This document shows positions 28,787 to 41,167 of a stretch of 64,000 bases of DNA, one piece after another. The stretch's first letter is position 1. Every line of letters starts with the position of its first letter. The stretch comes from the human T2T-CHM13v2.0 reference genome, Homo sapiens: NCBI RefSeq assembly GCF_009914755.1, contig NC_060932.1. One strand, 5' to 3'. Below the pieces are notes generated by a model. The model worked only from the letters and a program-made list of their open reading frames with translations, had not been told where the DNA came from and ran no database searches. Both the position numbers and the translations under genes were made by a program.

Positions 28787-30724
28787 CAATTCTGACACAT
28801 TCAAATCATGTGTAACTGGGTTATTAACTTCCCAAAGACTCAGCATTTCATATATAATAGATGGAATTATAATGCTTATTAATTATTCATACATTTCACA
28901 CATCATATTTAATTTCAAAAGACATTTTTTGAAGCATGTCTTATCATTATTTCTATCTCATTGATAAGAAAATTGAAGCATTATTATAGAGGTTAAGTAT
29001 GTCCAGAGTCACATCTAGTAAGTGGCATCAAACCTTTATCTAGGAGCTACAACTGCCTTTACATTAGGTTATAACAATACTCAACTAGAAGATTGCTAAC
29101 TGTATTAAAAGAGATATCAGAGATGAATTGTCAAGTGCTAAGAGTCCCTTAGCAAATAATCATTATTAAAACTGAATCATAAAATAACACATACATGAAT
29201 TAAATAGAAAAGAAGAATTATTCTTCCTCTATTGAGTATCTTTATTATATTTAAGATTTTCCAGTGTTCTAGTCAGTGCTTGAATGTTCTTATCCTCTTA
29301 GTGTGTTTGGGTACATATTAGTAATTCTCTTCATAACTGGAAAACCCTCAATTATATGCTGCACAGATTCATTAAAACCACCAGCAAAACCACAGTTCTT
29401 CATAGGAAAAATTGTACATCCAGAGTTTATTTCAACAAAAGTGGCAGTAAACAATACAGAATTGCTTTTCCCATCCCCTTTCCACCCATGTGACCTCTTG
29501 GCATGTTGCAAGCTTATGTTATTTCAGTTGTCCTAGTAATTCCTTGTGTGTGTTTAAGAATTGCCTAATGTTTATTGCTAAGTATAGGTTACTGTGTTGA
29601 GTGACTATGCCTTTATTTTTATGCTGATATAATTTAAAAATAGAACAAGTAAGTAAAGCATAATGGTTTGAATCAAAGGTCTTTTAAACATAAAACACTA
29701 CACAGTATTGTACAGCCGTATTTATATTTTATGGGATAATTTAATCAACTAATTTGTTTCAGAAGTATCGATTAAAACATAAAATTTCCACTATAGTCTG
29801 AAGTTTGCAAGTGGCCAGTAAGTTAAATTAAACCAGTAGGTTAAAAGCATAGTTACTGGAATCAGGGAGTTCTGGGTGATTCTGCTAGCTTCATTGCTTG
29901 CAAGCTGCCTCGCCTTAAGTAATTACTCTATTTGAGCCTCAGTTCCCTTCTCTGTCCAGTGGAGTTCTTTATATCAAACTCATCCTCTTACCATAGAACA
30001 GATATAAAATATGGATAAAATACATAAAGCAAAACAAAACTGTAGGCTTCAGAGTACAACCAAGGCAGTCAGGACTTGAGGGCAAAAACCCTGAAGCAAG
30101 CAGAGAGCACCCTCAGTCTCGTGTTCTCTGCGGCTTTTCTGTTATGGCATTTGCTCATTAGCACTGTGGATCCTAAAATCTAAGCAGAAAATGGCAGCCA
30201 AGCATCCCCACCCCTAGTGATTAAGGAAAAGATTGAATACAATGCATGCATAACCTCGGCACAGAGTCTGAGATGTGATTAGTACTCAATATGTGTGTAA
30301 AAGGACTAAAAAAAAAAACAAAAAAACCCCACCAACATTGATGTTCCCTCATGTTCCCACTGCCTTCTTTGTCCCACTTTCTTTCTCGTTTGCTATCTAA
30401 TTCCCTCATTTCATAAACTTTGACTAGCTGATAAACCACAAGCTTCCAAACAATGTAAAAAATGTTCTGATGTGTATTGTGATTGTGTAATGCCAAGGAC
30501 TCTAAGCAAGGGACATGTAAACAGGAAGGATGTTCAACTGTGAGTGTGGGTTAAAGTTGGCTAAATTGCTGCCCAGCCAAAACCTCAAGGCCAGGTACTC
30601 AAGTGCCCACTATCCTATAAAAACCCTGACTGCTTCAGTTGGAAGCCACCTGGTCTTTAGGAGCTCCATCAATAAAGTCTTTCATCTCTATTTGAGTCAC
30701 AGGAATCATTTTCTTTTGACAAGT

Positions 30725-31051
30725 ATGTCTTAGGTCAGTTCCAGAAATAGGCTGTGAGAGACCTGCAAGCAGGAAGTTTGTTGGAGAGTGCCTATAGGAC
30801 AAATACCTCTGGGGTAGTAGAAAGAGGTGGATTGGTCAGAGACAGGAGTTGAGCTTCCATGTAGTTGCAGCAAGGGCCTCAGCCAGTGCCATATAGAGCG
30901 TGCTCCACAGAATGTGACCTAGAGCAAAGTGGCTCTCTTCAGCTTAGGGCAATTCCTGGCGAGGGACTCAGGTTCCAGCACTACAAGCAACTGAAATGGA
31001 TCTCTCATTCTTGCAGTGGGGACCTGAGGGAGGACCATAGCATCCAATACA
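30725..31051 (-). mobile_element. ERVL LTR (LTR16-like)
   Basis: GCAAGCAGGAAGTTTGTTGGAGAGTGC...GCAGCAAGGGCCTCAGCCA pattern; family from memory. Confidence 0.5.
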
Positions 31052-31184
31052 CAGTGGCGGCTGTTATTTCCCATATGTTTTTTATCACCTCTTTCATCTC
31101 CCTTCAGGATGTGTTTCATTAGCCGTATTTTACAGGTTTGCCAAGTCCACACTGGTGGTAGAGTTAAGAATTCAGCCTAATTTA

Positions 31185-31489
31185 GGTAGGGTGCCGTGGC
31201 TCACATCTGTAATCCCAGCACTCTGAGAGGCCAAGGCGGGAGGATTACCTAAGGTCAGGAGTTTGAGACCTGCCTGGCCAACATGGTGAAAACCCCTCTC
31301 CACTAAAAATACAAAAATTAGCTGGGCACTGTGGTGTGTGCCTGTAATCTCAGCTACTGGGGAGGCTGAGGCAAGAGAATAGCTTGAACCCGAAGGCGGA
31401 TGTTGCGGTGAGCTGAGATCACACCACTGCACTTTAGCCTGGGCTTCAGAGTGAGACTTCATCTCAAAAAAAAAAAAAAAAAAAAAAAA
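31185..31489 (+). mobile_element. AluS (Sx/Sz-like)
   Basis: Full dimer with a long A tail; TSD GAATTCAGCCTAA at 31168-31180 and 31491-31503. Confidence 0.9.
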
Positions 31490-33239
31490 GGAATTCAGCC
31501 TAAATTTGATATTATCTGCCCCCTACCTTCTTGCCAATGTTGCTTTGCAATGAGATAACTCAATTTACATTCCCAAGAATTTATCAGATATCTGTCATGA
31601 GCTCAGCCTTGTGTCAAGAAACTCCTGGGGACACGTAATTTGTTCCTTGGCTTGACAGGAAATGAGAAGTAGCTGGCAGAACCTTTATATTGGCTGTGCA
31701 GATGCTGGGGTTGACCTTTGTCACCTTGTCATCAGGAAGCCACTGCCCTGGAGATTCTTAAGGAAATCATCCGGGGAGGCTAACCAAAGTCTGAGTTAAC
31801 CAGTCTTGTTTGCAGGTGAATAGAGCAAAGTAGCTTAACATTAGCACTTCTAGAGGTTTTCCTGCTTGACCCTCATGGAACAGGGTTCATTTTTTAAGCT
31901 CCAGTTTAGTTTAAGTCAAGTCCCTTTTACTAGGCATGTTTGATTTACAAGGCATTGTGCATGTTGCTGTGGGAATTAAGAGCTGAATAAAACAGAGGAC
32001 CTTCATTCAAGGTGTTTATAACTCGATGTTACTCCTCATCCTGAAGCTCAAAGAAGCCTATCTGCTTTATTTTTATTTTTTTTACTTTTATCAGGGGTAA
32101 TTTTTGTGGCTAGCTCTGATTATTTTGGAGGGAAGGGAAAAGTGAGGCAAAAGACCTCAGAAAATGGACTCTTAAAAAAAGCCACCTATGTAAGAAAAGT
32201 ATGAACAAAATCTCACCTGGTATCTGTTTTATGCTTTGGCACATTATTAGCAGGTCCTTCCTCAGGTCCTTCAGCATTCATGGCCTTTGGGGTAAAATAA
32301 ATTCAGTACAATGTATACAATGTATAGCTTTGAAAAAATCAAAATGGATTTGAGTCTAGCTCATAGCTCAAGTGTGATAAATATGTTTAAACTTTCTTCA
32401 ATTCATTTTAAATTTTATTTTAAGCACTCATTTCATGGGGAGGGGTGGGAACATCAATTATGCCTCAATTAATTTGGGGGTTTTCTTTCTTTGCTTGATG
32501 CTACTTTATACTAAGGCTTAGGGACATTTGTTCTCAATGTCATCCTTGCTATACAGTATGACAACTCTCTTTTCATGCCATGCCACACTGACAAGCAAAG
32601 AACTCTATTCTGTTTCTTTCAAGCCACTGTGGGACCTAGACATCCCCTTGAGACTAATTATAACACTGTCTTTCCACACTGACTGTGTATCCATTCCCGC
32701 TTAGGGTATTCCTCACTCCCGAAGGCTGGGTCTGGTAAGGCAGTGCACGATGAGTGTTCTGTGTCTAGGGCCGTCACCATCAGAGCCTCTTTCCTCTGCT
32801 TTTCTCTCATTTTCCTAAGCCAGGAAGGGGGATGGCATGAAGAACCTGTGCCCTGCCAGGCCCTTGCAGCTTCAACACTTGTCATTGCCCCTTGATTCCC
32901 CAATGTTCTAGCTTTAGAAGATCAAAGTAGGGCAGGCTGTTCATTTTTAACCCAAAATTTTCCTCTCATGAGACAAGAGCTCAGAATTGTTTAGATCCTT
33001 TAACAGAGGAAGTAAGTAAATGGATGGGAAGACTAACAGACTCTATATTTTTTAATTTAAAAAGATATTATCATTAGTTATGAAACTTTCTTCTCCTTTG
33101 TTTTTATCTCCTATCTAGCAATAGGCTTGATGTTTAGAAAAGGAATTAAATGTTTATAATACATAAGGAATTATGTATACATTTATGACAGGACACACTA
33201 GGCTTGGGGGTCGGGTTAAGGAAGCCCCGTGAATGCCAC

Positions 33240-33788
33240 TTGGAAGCTCTAAAACATGTTTGTAATTTTCTTGACACTTCATCAGTTGAGAAGTGAGGTT
33301 CCTCTCCTTTCAATTTGGGCTCACCTAAGTGACTTGCTTGTCACCAGTATCAGAAATGACACTATGCAGCTCCCAAAGCCAGGTCAGAAAAGGTCAGAGT
33401 TTCCACTTGGTTTTCTTGGAACACTGACTTTGGAACCCATAACCAGAATGGTAGAAGTCTTCTATCCTGAGGCTTCCATGCTGTGAGAAGCTACGTCTCA
33501 AGAAAAAGCAGCCACTTGTTGGTGACAGACCCAGCTGAGGTCCCAGCTGCCAGCATCAACCACCAGGCATACATGAAGATACCTCCTGATAATTCCAGCT
33601 CCAAATGTCCAGTCACCCCATCAGCCATCGAGTTGCCTCAGCTGAGGTCCCAGACATTGCAGAGCCCTCTCTCAATTCCTGACCCTCAGAACCTTGAACT
33701 TACTGAAATGGTTATTTTACATCGAAATGGTTATTTTACATCAAAATGTTTTGGGATAGTTTGTTATGGAGCGGTACTTACAGGAATA
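33240..33788 (+). mobile_element. MLT1F/G/H-like MaLR LTR containing a 19-bp tandem duplication (33705-33742)
   Basis: GACAGACCCAGCTGAGGTCCCAGCTGCCAGCATCAAC...TTTTGGGATAGTTTGTTATG; GAAATGGTTATTTTACATC twice. Confidence 0.7.
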
Positions 33789-34207
33789 GTTACCAAACTT
33801 CCTTTTTCCCTCTTTCTAACTATTGCCTTAGAAATAGGTTAGGTGCTTTGGGAAGAAACTGAATTATTACCACACACCAAGAGGACATTTATATCAGGGA
33901 TCAGCAAACTCTTAGTAGTAGACCTTCAATTAGGATTAAGCAAATACCATGAATGGTACCATGGGTTGTAGGCCAACTTAGGAGCTGAAAAGGAAAAAAG
34001 AAGGCTTGAATACCTCTGTCACAATTTTCCTCCTTACTATATATCCTGCCAATACTCTCAGTGACTCAAGCATCAGTGACCCATCCAACTCTAATCTAAG
34101 GCATCTTTACTATCCCAATATTCCACTTTAGTTATCCATATCCTAAAATTGTTATCTGGAATTGGCTCACATCAACCTCTTTCAGTTTTCACATCTACTT
34201 GCTTTTC

Positions 34208-34527
34208 CTTACTTTTTTTTTTTTTTTCCCCCTTTTGTGGGCCGGGGGAAGAGGTCTCACTCTGTCATTCAGACTGGAATTCAGTGGCATGATCTCAGCT
34301 CACCACAACCTCCACCTCCCAGGTTCAAGCAATTATCCTCCCTCAGCCTCCCAAATAGCTGAGATAACAGGCGCATGCCACTACTGCCCGGCCAATTTTT
34401 GTGTTTTTAGTAGAGACAGGGTTTCACCATTTGACCAGGCTGGTCTTGAACTCCTGGCCTCAAATGATCCACCCACCTCAGCCTCCCAAATTGCTGGGAT
34501 TACAGGCGTGAGCCACCGCACCCGGCC
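34208..34527 (-). mobile_element. AluS
   Basis: Antisense Alu dimer; TSD ATCTACTTGCTTTTC at 34193-34207 and 34528-34542. Confidence 0.9.
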
Positions 34528-35459
34528 ATCTACTTGCTTTTCTACCTTGAGGAACCATCTATTCCTTGCCCTCTATTGTTTTTCTGTCTGTCCTCTCTTG
34601 GCTTTATTTGCATCTCTACACAGCCTGGACTTCATGGTTAATCAGTGCCACAACTCAAGCACCAGCAACATCAATTCTTGCCTTCTTTTATTTCTAAAGC
34701 ATCTGCCTGGCAAGCCAGGACCCTAGATCAATCCTCCATCTGCCTTCTTACCTCTTACAATCGTGCTATTTAAGAAAAACTGCAGAAAATAATCACTATA
34801 CTATATGAGTTGGTGCCACTATTAATGTAAGATTTTTTTAACTTCATGTAGACATTCATCTCAGCCAGCGAACCCATCTTTACTTGTATCTTTAGTCATG
34901 ATCCTTTTTCTTCTTCTCAGCAAATATTCCAAAATTCACTCCTTTTCTAAACTCCGCACGTACACTCCCTTGCTCAGCTGTCCTTACTTTCTATATTACC
35001 ACTAAAATGCACACATCCTCACTTTTATTCCCTTGCTTTAACCTTGCATCTCTTCTGTCTTGTCCCTCCTTTAGGGTTTAGAGAAGCAGTTATCACTCTG
35101 TGCATGGGTCAAGTCTCCATCTGTACTCTTAATCCTTCTTCTCATCTCCATTGAGACTAGCACTATGTATAATTTCTTTTTCTTCCCTGTCTTAAATCAC
35201 TTTAATTCTACTGGCTTTTTTCTCTTCCACACTTGTTTATCTTACCCTAAAAAGAAATTATAAACCTCCCCTTGACTCGGGGTCCCTCTGCACAAACACT
35301 CCTTGTACTCTCTATTTCTTCCAGATTAAACTTCTTGTGAGTTTTGTACCATCACTATTTCTATTTCATTTCCCATTCATTCTTCCACATGTTCCCATTA
35401 ACATATAAGCATACTATTTTTCTCCTGTTTTAAAATACAAATAAACTTTTCTTTACACT

Positions 35460-35605
35460 ACTTGCCCTGTAAGCCAATTTCTTTATAGCTATTGTGTAAA
35501 TGGCTATAAAGAAATCTTTGCAGCCATTGTGTAAATGCTATAAAGAAATCGGACAGGCTTACAGGGGAAGTCTAGAGCACCAAAAGGTACTGGCCTTTGG
35601 TGTTC
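35460..35605. other. Nested inverted repeats plus a 35-bp tandem duplication
   Basis: Outer IR 35460-35475 / 35556-35571; inner IR 35477-35493 / 35499-35515; duplication 35481-35550; extra hairpin 35575-35605. Confidence 0.85.
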
Positions 35606-38477
35606 CTTGAAAGAGTTGTTTTCAGTCAGGATCTCACCACCACCCTTCCACTGAAACTTTGCCTGTCAGGTCCACTAAATTACTACCATGTTATTAAGTC
35701 CAGTTGCAAATTTTTAGGCCACTTCCTGATCTGTTGGTAGCATCTGACACATTGGATCCTTCCCTCTCTCCTTCTACGTGTATTTTGTACAGTCAGGCTC
35801 TAGACCACCACACTTTCTTGGTTTTCTTCCTACTTCATTGGCCACTCTTTTCCTATCTTTATTAATGGTTACTCTTCTCCCTAAACTCTTGGTGATGAAA
35901 ACTCCAGGCCTCAACCAATGGTCCCTTTCTGACCTACTCTTGCTTTTTTATTATTCTCAGCTAGTTATAGAGTTTTAAGCTCCCTCTGTGATTCCAACAA
36001 CTCTCAAATGTATCACCCAAACACCAGACCTACATAACAACTACCTTCTTGAAATCTGCTTTTGAATATATAAGACTTATCTCAATTTTAATATGTCCAA
36101 AACTCAATCCTGAACTTCTACCTAAAACCTCCTTTACTCACAGCCTCTTCCATCTTAGTCGATGCATTCAATTCTTGAAGTTTTCCTGGCAAAGATACTT
36201 GGAATAATCATTGACTATTCTCTTTCTGTTATATCCTACATATAATTAATATAGAACTATTGGAACTATGGCTCTGCCTTTAAGATATATTCACAATCCA
36301 GCCAATTCTCACTTCACTTCCTCCAGTTCATCTTATTCTGAGCCATCATTATCTTAGTCTGAGCCAACATTATTTTTCACCTAATAGTGTTCTAACTGGT
36401 TATTCTATATCTGTCTTTGCCTGCCCTATAGCTTATTCCAAACACAGTGGCCAGAGTATTTCATTCCTTTGCTTAAAACCCTGAAATAGTATCCCAGATC
36501 CCTTAGAGCAAAAGCTAGAGTCAAGACAAGAGACTTTAAGTCCCTGCATCATCCTCTCCCATCACTTCTTTCACCTCATCTCTTTCGGTTCCCACCCTTG
36601 CCCACTCCACTCTGGCTGTACTGACCTTTTGGTCTTCCTTGAACTTTCCAGACTCCTTCTAGGGACTTTGCCCTGATTGTTCCTTAGGCTAGAGATGATG
36701 TTATATCAGATGCCCACATAGCTGGCTCTCTAAATCCTGCAGGTCTTTGTCAAAGGTCATCACCTCAATGTAGCCTGATCTAAGTGACCGTACTGTTAAA
36801 TAAAGTCTCTATTCCCTTTACCTTTCTGGCCAATTTTAAAGCCTCCCTATTTTTGCCCCTTAAGTGTTAGAATTTCTCATGATTTCATATTTCCCTATTT
36901 ATTTGTCTTCTCTTTATGCAATTTCTGACTCCCAGATGTACATCTCTAGCCTTGACATCTCCCCTGTGTTTTAATTTATGTGCTAAACTTACGGAAAAAT
37001 CCTAAGGGAGAATTTGCTTTAAACATTCATCCCTCTTTTCCCTTCTTTCATGCCCATTTTCTGATGTTGGACTACGAACAACCAATAGTCCTCCTCTCAG
37101 ACAATTTGTATCTAACTTATCTAGTGAAAATCATTCTTCTTAACACAGAGACTCTTCTGAGATGCACTTAAGACTGTGCATATTAAATGAAAATCCTTAT
37201 CTTTGTGGACATTTGGTAGTATATTGAGGCCACAAAAATACTGTAACTTTGACATATATACATAGAACATAACTTATTCTCAGGTGCTATTGAAAATGTC
37301 ATTAAAATGCTATTAATATATTAAAGTTAACACAGAATACAAATATTATGCCCAAGGTTACTCTGAGAAAAATATTTATTTTCATTTTTTAGGAGAACTT
37401 CTCTGAAGAACTTCTTTTCAGAGCACTTCTCTGACAGGCTTACGGTATTATTACTCCTGCCTGGAGTAATATGTATTGTAATTTGGGATTCCTGTGGGAC
37501 AACGTATCTTTGAAACAACAAGAATTAACTCCATGATAAAGAATTTCAGGTACCACAACCACAGATAAGAGATTAAAATTTGAGATTTTTTTTTTTCTTT
37601 CCACAAACAAAGGACTCAATTCCACCTCTGAGCATGTATAATTGAGACCCAGCAAAGATAAAATTAATTCGCAACAAAATAAAGTCTTAGAAAGAATCCT
37701 GAATCCCTATACCCTCTTTTCTATTTCATTCACACCCTCCAATATGCAGTGATTGAAATCTGGCTCTTTGGTGTCTTGTGTCTGTCCTCTCCCCTCCAGT
37801 TGTTGCAATCTGAACCCAAATGCTCCTAGATCATCCCTGAAACACTGCAGTAACCTCTAATGTTTTCCCCACTTTCTGCCCAATGTTATCTGATCTAATC
37901 TATTCTCTACATTGACCCCCAAATAATTTTTCTAAAATGTAAATCTTATCATGTCAAGCTTCCTTCAAAGGTTTCTCATTATGTGCAGTATTGATCAAAA
38001 CACTAGTTTCACATACATTTGCACCATGTCTTGCCTCTGCTGTCTCCTTCACCTCATCCGTCCTTGCTTCTTCATATACCTTCCACTTCAGCCACAATGC
38101 CCTGATTCAGAGATCTATGGAGGTGCTGGGCTGCTTCTCATTTGATTGACAATTCACATTCTATTCATGCTGCCCAGATGTCCCCCGCTTTCCCCTCTCT
38201 CCTATCACGTCACTCTCACACATTTTTCATGATTCGTATCAAGCATTTCTCCTTTTATGATACTAACTTCTCACTCTGACTTGCTGTGTACTCTTACAGA
38301 ATCTTGTACATACCTTTATTATAGTATATATTACTCAATTCTACTATTGTACATGATTCTTATTTTTACGCTCTGGATTGAGAGCTAAATGAATTCAGGG
38401 GCTACGATTTTTATCTTTGTCCAAACAGTCTTCACTAGTATAATAGCTTAAAAAATAGAGGGACCATATGTTTTAAG

Positions 38478-38565
38478 GAAGAAGAGGCAAGAAGGCAGGA
38501 AGGAAGCAAGGAAGGGATAGAGGAAGGGAGGGAAAAAGGGAAGACAGAAGAAAATGATAAGGAAA
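38478..38565. repeat. GA-rich, (GGAA)-like low-complexity tract
   Basis: GGAAGAAGAGGCAAGAAGGCAGGAAGGAAGCAAGGAAGGG... Confidence 0.75.
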
Positions 38566-39670
38566 AGTGTTTTATTATAGAGGTAATCATGGGGATAACA
38601 CATTTTTCTTTTCTGAGCTGGGATTTTCCTTCTTCAGATATTTCAGGCTCTTGTCACTTTACTACTTTGGAATGAGGATCTTTATTTGGACACTAGGGCA
38701 GCTGCAAAAAATTTTTTGGCTTTCGTGGTTATGGTTATTTCTTTCTAAACGTGTAGGAGAGACTTTAGCTAGCTGCTGCCTGTGGTGTCAGCTGCACTGT
38801 TTGAAGTCCCTGGTGAAGAGACAGCTGGATGCCACAGTGGCAGTCTGGAGGCCACAAAGGATTGTTAAGTGAACTTGATGTTCTAGTTGGCAAGTTTAAC
38901 ACATACTCTACTCCCACAAAATTGGATAACATTTTGATCACATCATACCACCAGTCTTGCCACTATTATAGAGGTACTCCTTCTTGGTAAGAAGGCATGT
39001 ATAGCTTCCTTACAATTATGATTTCAGCTAGACTAGCTTCCCTTTCTCTTAGGCTTAAAGTTAATTGACCATTGAAGTACTGACATTTTTGAGAAATTCA
39101 TTTCACTTGGATTTTTTTTTCCATGTTTGATATTACTAGCTTCACATCAGCATAAAGAAGTACTCATTCCTTTAATTCATATTCTTGTTTTTGGAAATAT
39201 AGTAGGTCTAAAATCACTTCGTTGTCCAAAATATCTTAGTGATATGAAATATGCAGAGAAAACACTCATCCTTTTGTTTAGAGTGAACCAGCTGAAAGAA
39301 ATCTTGGACATTGTCTCGTTCAGGCTTCTCATTTTCCTTTCCAGAGAACTGGAAAGCAGAGTGGTTCAGTGACTTGCCCTCAGTTGTACATTAATTCGTT
39401 AGCAGTAGAGCTTCGATTACATTTCCCAAGCCAGCACTCTTTTCAGTCCGTCGTGTTGCAGTCAAAGCTAGTCTAAAGCACTAAATGTATTCTTTTTTTT
39501 CAAAATGAAAATAGGTGTAATTTTTTCATGATCCAATGATGAAAATCATTCATTCTCATTGTAGAAAGATAGTAACACACCTAAAAGAGTGGAGTCAATT
39601 TTGAAGATGAATTCTGTTGATATAAAACAGGGTTTCAGTAGTTCTAGTTAGCTGTATTGGCATTACCTTG

Positions 39671-40030
39671 TGTAGTAGTCTGTTCTCACACTGCTAATAA
39701 AGACATAGCTGAGACTGGGCAACTTATAAACAAAAGGGGTTTAATTGACTCACAGTTCCACATGGCTGGGGAGGCCTCACAATCATGGCAGAAGGCAAAG
39801 AGGAAGCAAGACACGGCTTACATGGTGGCAGGCAACAGAGCGTGTGCAGAAGAAGTCCCCTTTATAAAACCATCAGATCTCCTGAGACTTATTCACTATC
39901 ATGAGAACAGCATGAGAAAGACCTGCCGTGATTCAGTTACCTCCCACGGGTTCCCTCTCATGACACATGGGAATTATGGGAGCCACAATTCAAGGTGAGA
40001 TTTGGGTGGGGACACAGCCAAACCATATCA
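39671..40030 (-). mobile_element. THE1B solo LTR
   Basis: TGTAGTAGTCTGTTCTCACA...GGGGACACAGCCAAACCATATCA; perfect CCTTG TSD at 39666-39670 and 40031-40035. Confidence 0.93.
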
Positions 40031-40199
40031 CCTTGGGTGAAGGCATAGAAGGATGATGATCAAATATGTAGAAAATATTAAACTGGGAGAGAGTCATATA
40101 CTCTAAGTGAGGAATCAAATAATGTTTGATAAGAATCTCCTATGAAACTAGATATAAACTAATCACCAAAATCGTTCTATGAGGTAGCTATCCTATATC

Positions 40200-40860
40200 A
40201 CTCATAGCCCAGGCAGAAAACTAGAACCATATTAGGTATTTTGACAGAAAGGTATTGAGAATTGGTTAATTTGGGATTGGAAGCCTGAAATTGGAGAAAA
40301 GAAAAAAAAAACACTGATGTAGTATAAGAAACAGAAGAAACACAAGAAAGAGCTTCCATCCCTCGGCTGGAGGAATAAAAAGAGCTGGGGTTTTCAGAAT
40401 CTAGAAACTCAAATGAGAGATTTTGCAGAGCTAGGATGCAGAACTTGGAGGAGAGGAAGCTGGCCGGCTGGTCATTGTACTCAGGAACATGCAGTCGTCC
40501 CTGGGAGCTAAGGACTCTGGCTTCTAAGGAGGGAGTGCCACCTGGCTCATGCTGCTACCTCAAGAGCTTGGAGGAGAGGCTTCGAGGAGTTAGGGCTCAG
40601 ACCTCGGAACAGGAGGTGCTGTCTAGCTGCTGCTGGTAGCTCTGTGGGGATGCAGTGAGGCCAGTTGTGTCAGTGTCAAAGAAGCTGGAGACTAGAATCA
40701 ACTGTTGCTGTTGGGAGAAAGGTTGTGGCTGATGTGACGCTGGATAGGAAGAAGCTCCTTCTCCCCTCCTCCTGCTTTCCTGTTCCCTCTAGTGTCCCTC
40801 ACTGACAAAACCCAATAGGAGGAAAATAAAGCTTACAGAGTCTCAGCCTCACATCATGAT
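40200..40860 (-). mobile_element. Ancient LTR-like element (LTR78-like, uncertain)
   Basis: CAGGCAGAAAACTAGAACCATATTAGGTATTTTGACAGA...GAATTGGTTA resembles old eutherian LTR termini. Confidence 0.35.
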
Positions 40861-41125
40861 ATAAAATATAGATGGGAAAAGTTCTGTCATTCATTCAGAC
40901 TTTCAACAAATGTTGATTGAATGCCTACTGTGTGCCAGGAATTATTCCAGGCCCTAGACTGCAATCTCAGGTTCCTCTTCTGTGAAGTGGGGATAATCAT
41001 GCCTACCTCAGAGAATTAAGATTAAATGAAATAAAGAATTTGAGGACTTTTCACAGTTCTTGTTAATGTTTATCTACTGTAGTAAAATGAAGCATGCCTT
41101 CAATTATATCAAGTATTGCTAATAC

Positions 41126-41167
41126 TCAGATGAGACTTGGTGTGTTCAGGGTGGTATGGCTGTAGAC
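41126..41167 (-). pseudogene. 5S rRNA pseudogene fragment (first ~42 nt, tailless)
   Basis: Minus strand reads GTCTACAGCCATACCACCCTGAACACACCAAGTCTCATCTGA versus 5S GTCTACGGCCATACCACCCTGAACGCGCCCGATCTCGTCTGA; differences are mostly CpG decay. Confidence 0.9.

Larger units (their letters stand above)
34000..38460 (+). mobile_element. Series of degraded L2 fragments
   Basis: CT-rich L2 ORF2/3' motifs such as CCACCCTTCCACTGAAACT, AATATGTCCAAAACTCA and TTTCTAAAATGTAAATCTTATCATGTC; not continuous. Confidence 0.6.

Noticed and set aside
34199-34726. 175-aa ORF and similar ORFs at 48289, 48837, 48944, 26466 and 31172
   Set aside because: Translations of antisense Alu sequence (LECSG/AHCNL-type peptides), a well-known artefact
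41126-41167. Functional 5S rRNA gene
   Set aside because: Only about a third of the RNA is present, with CpG decay and no internal promoter or terminator
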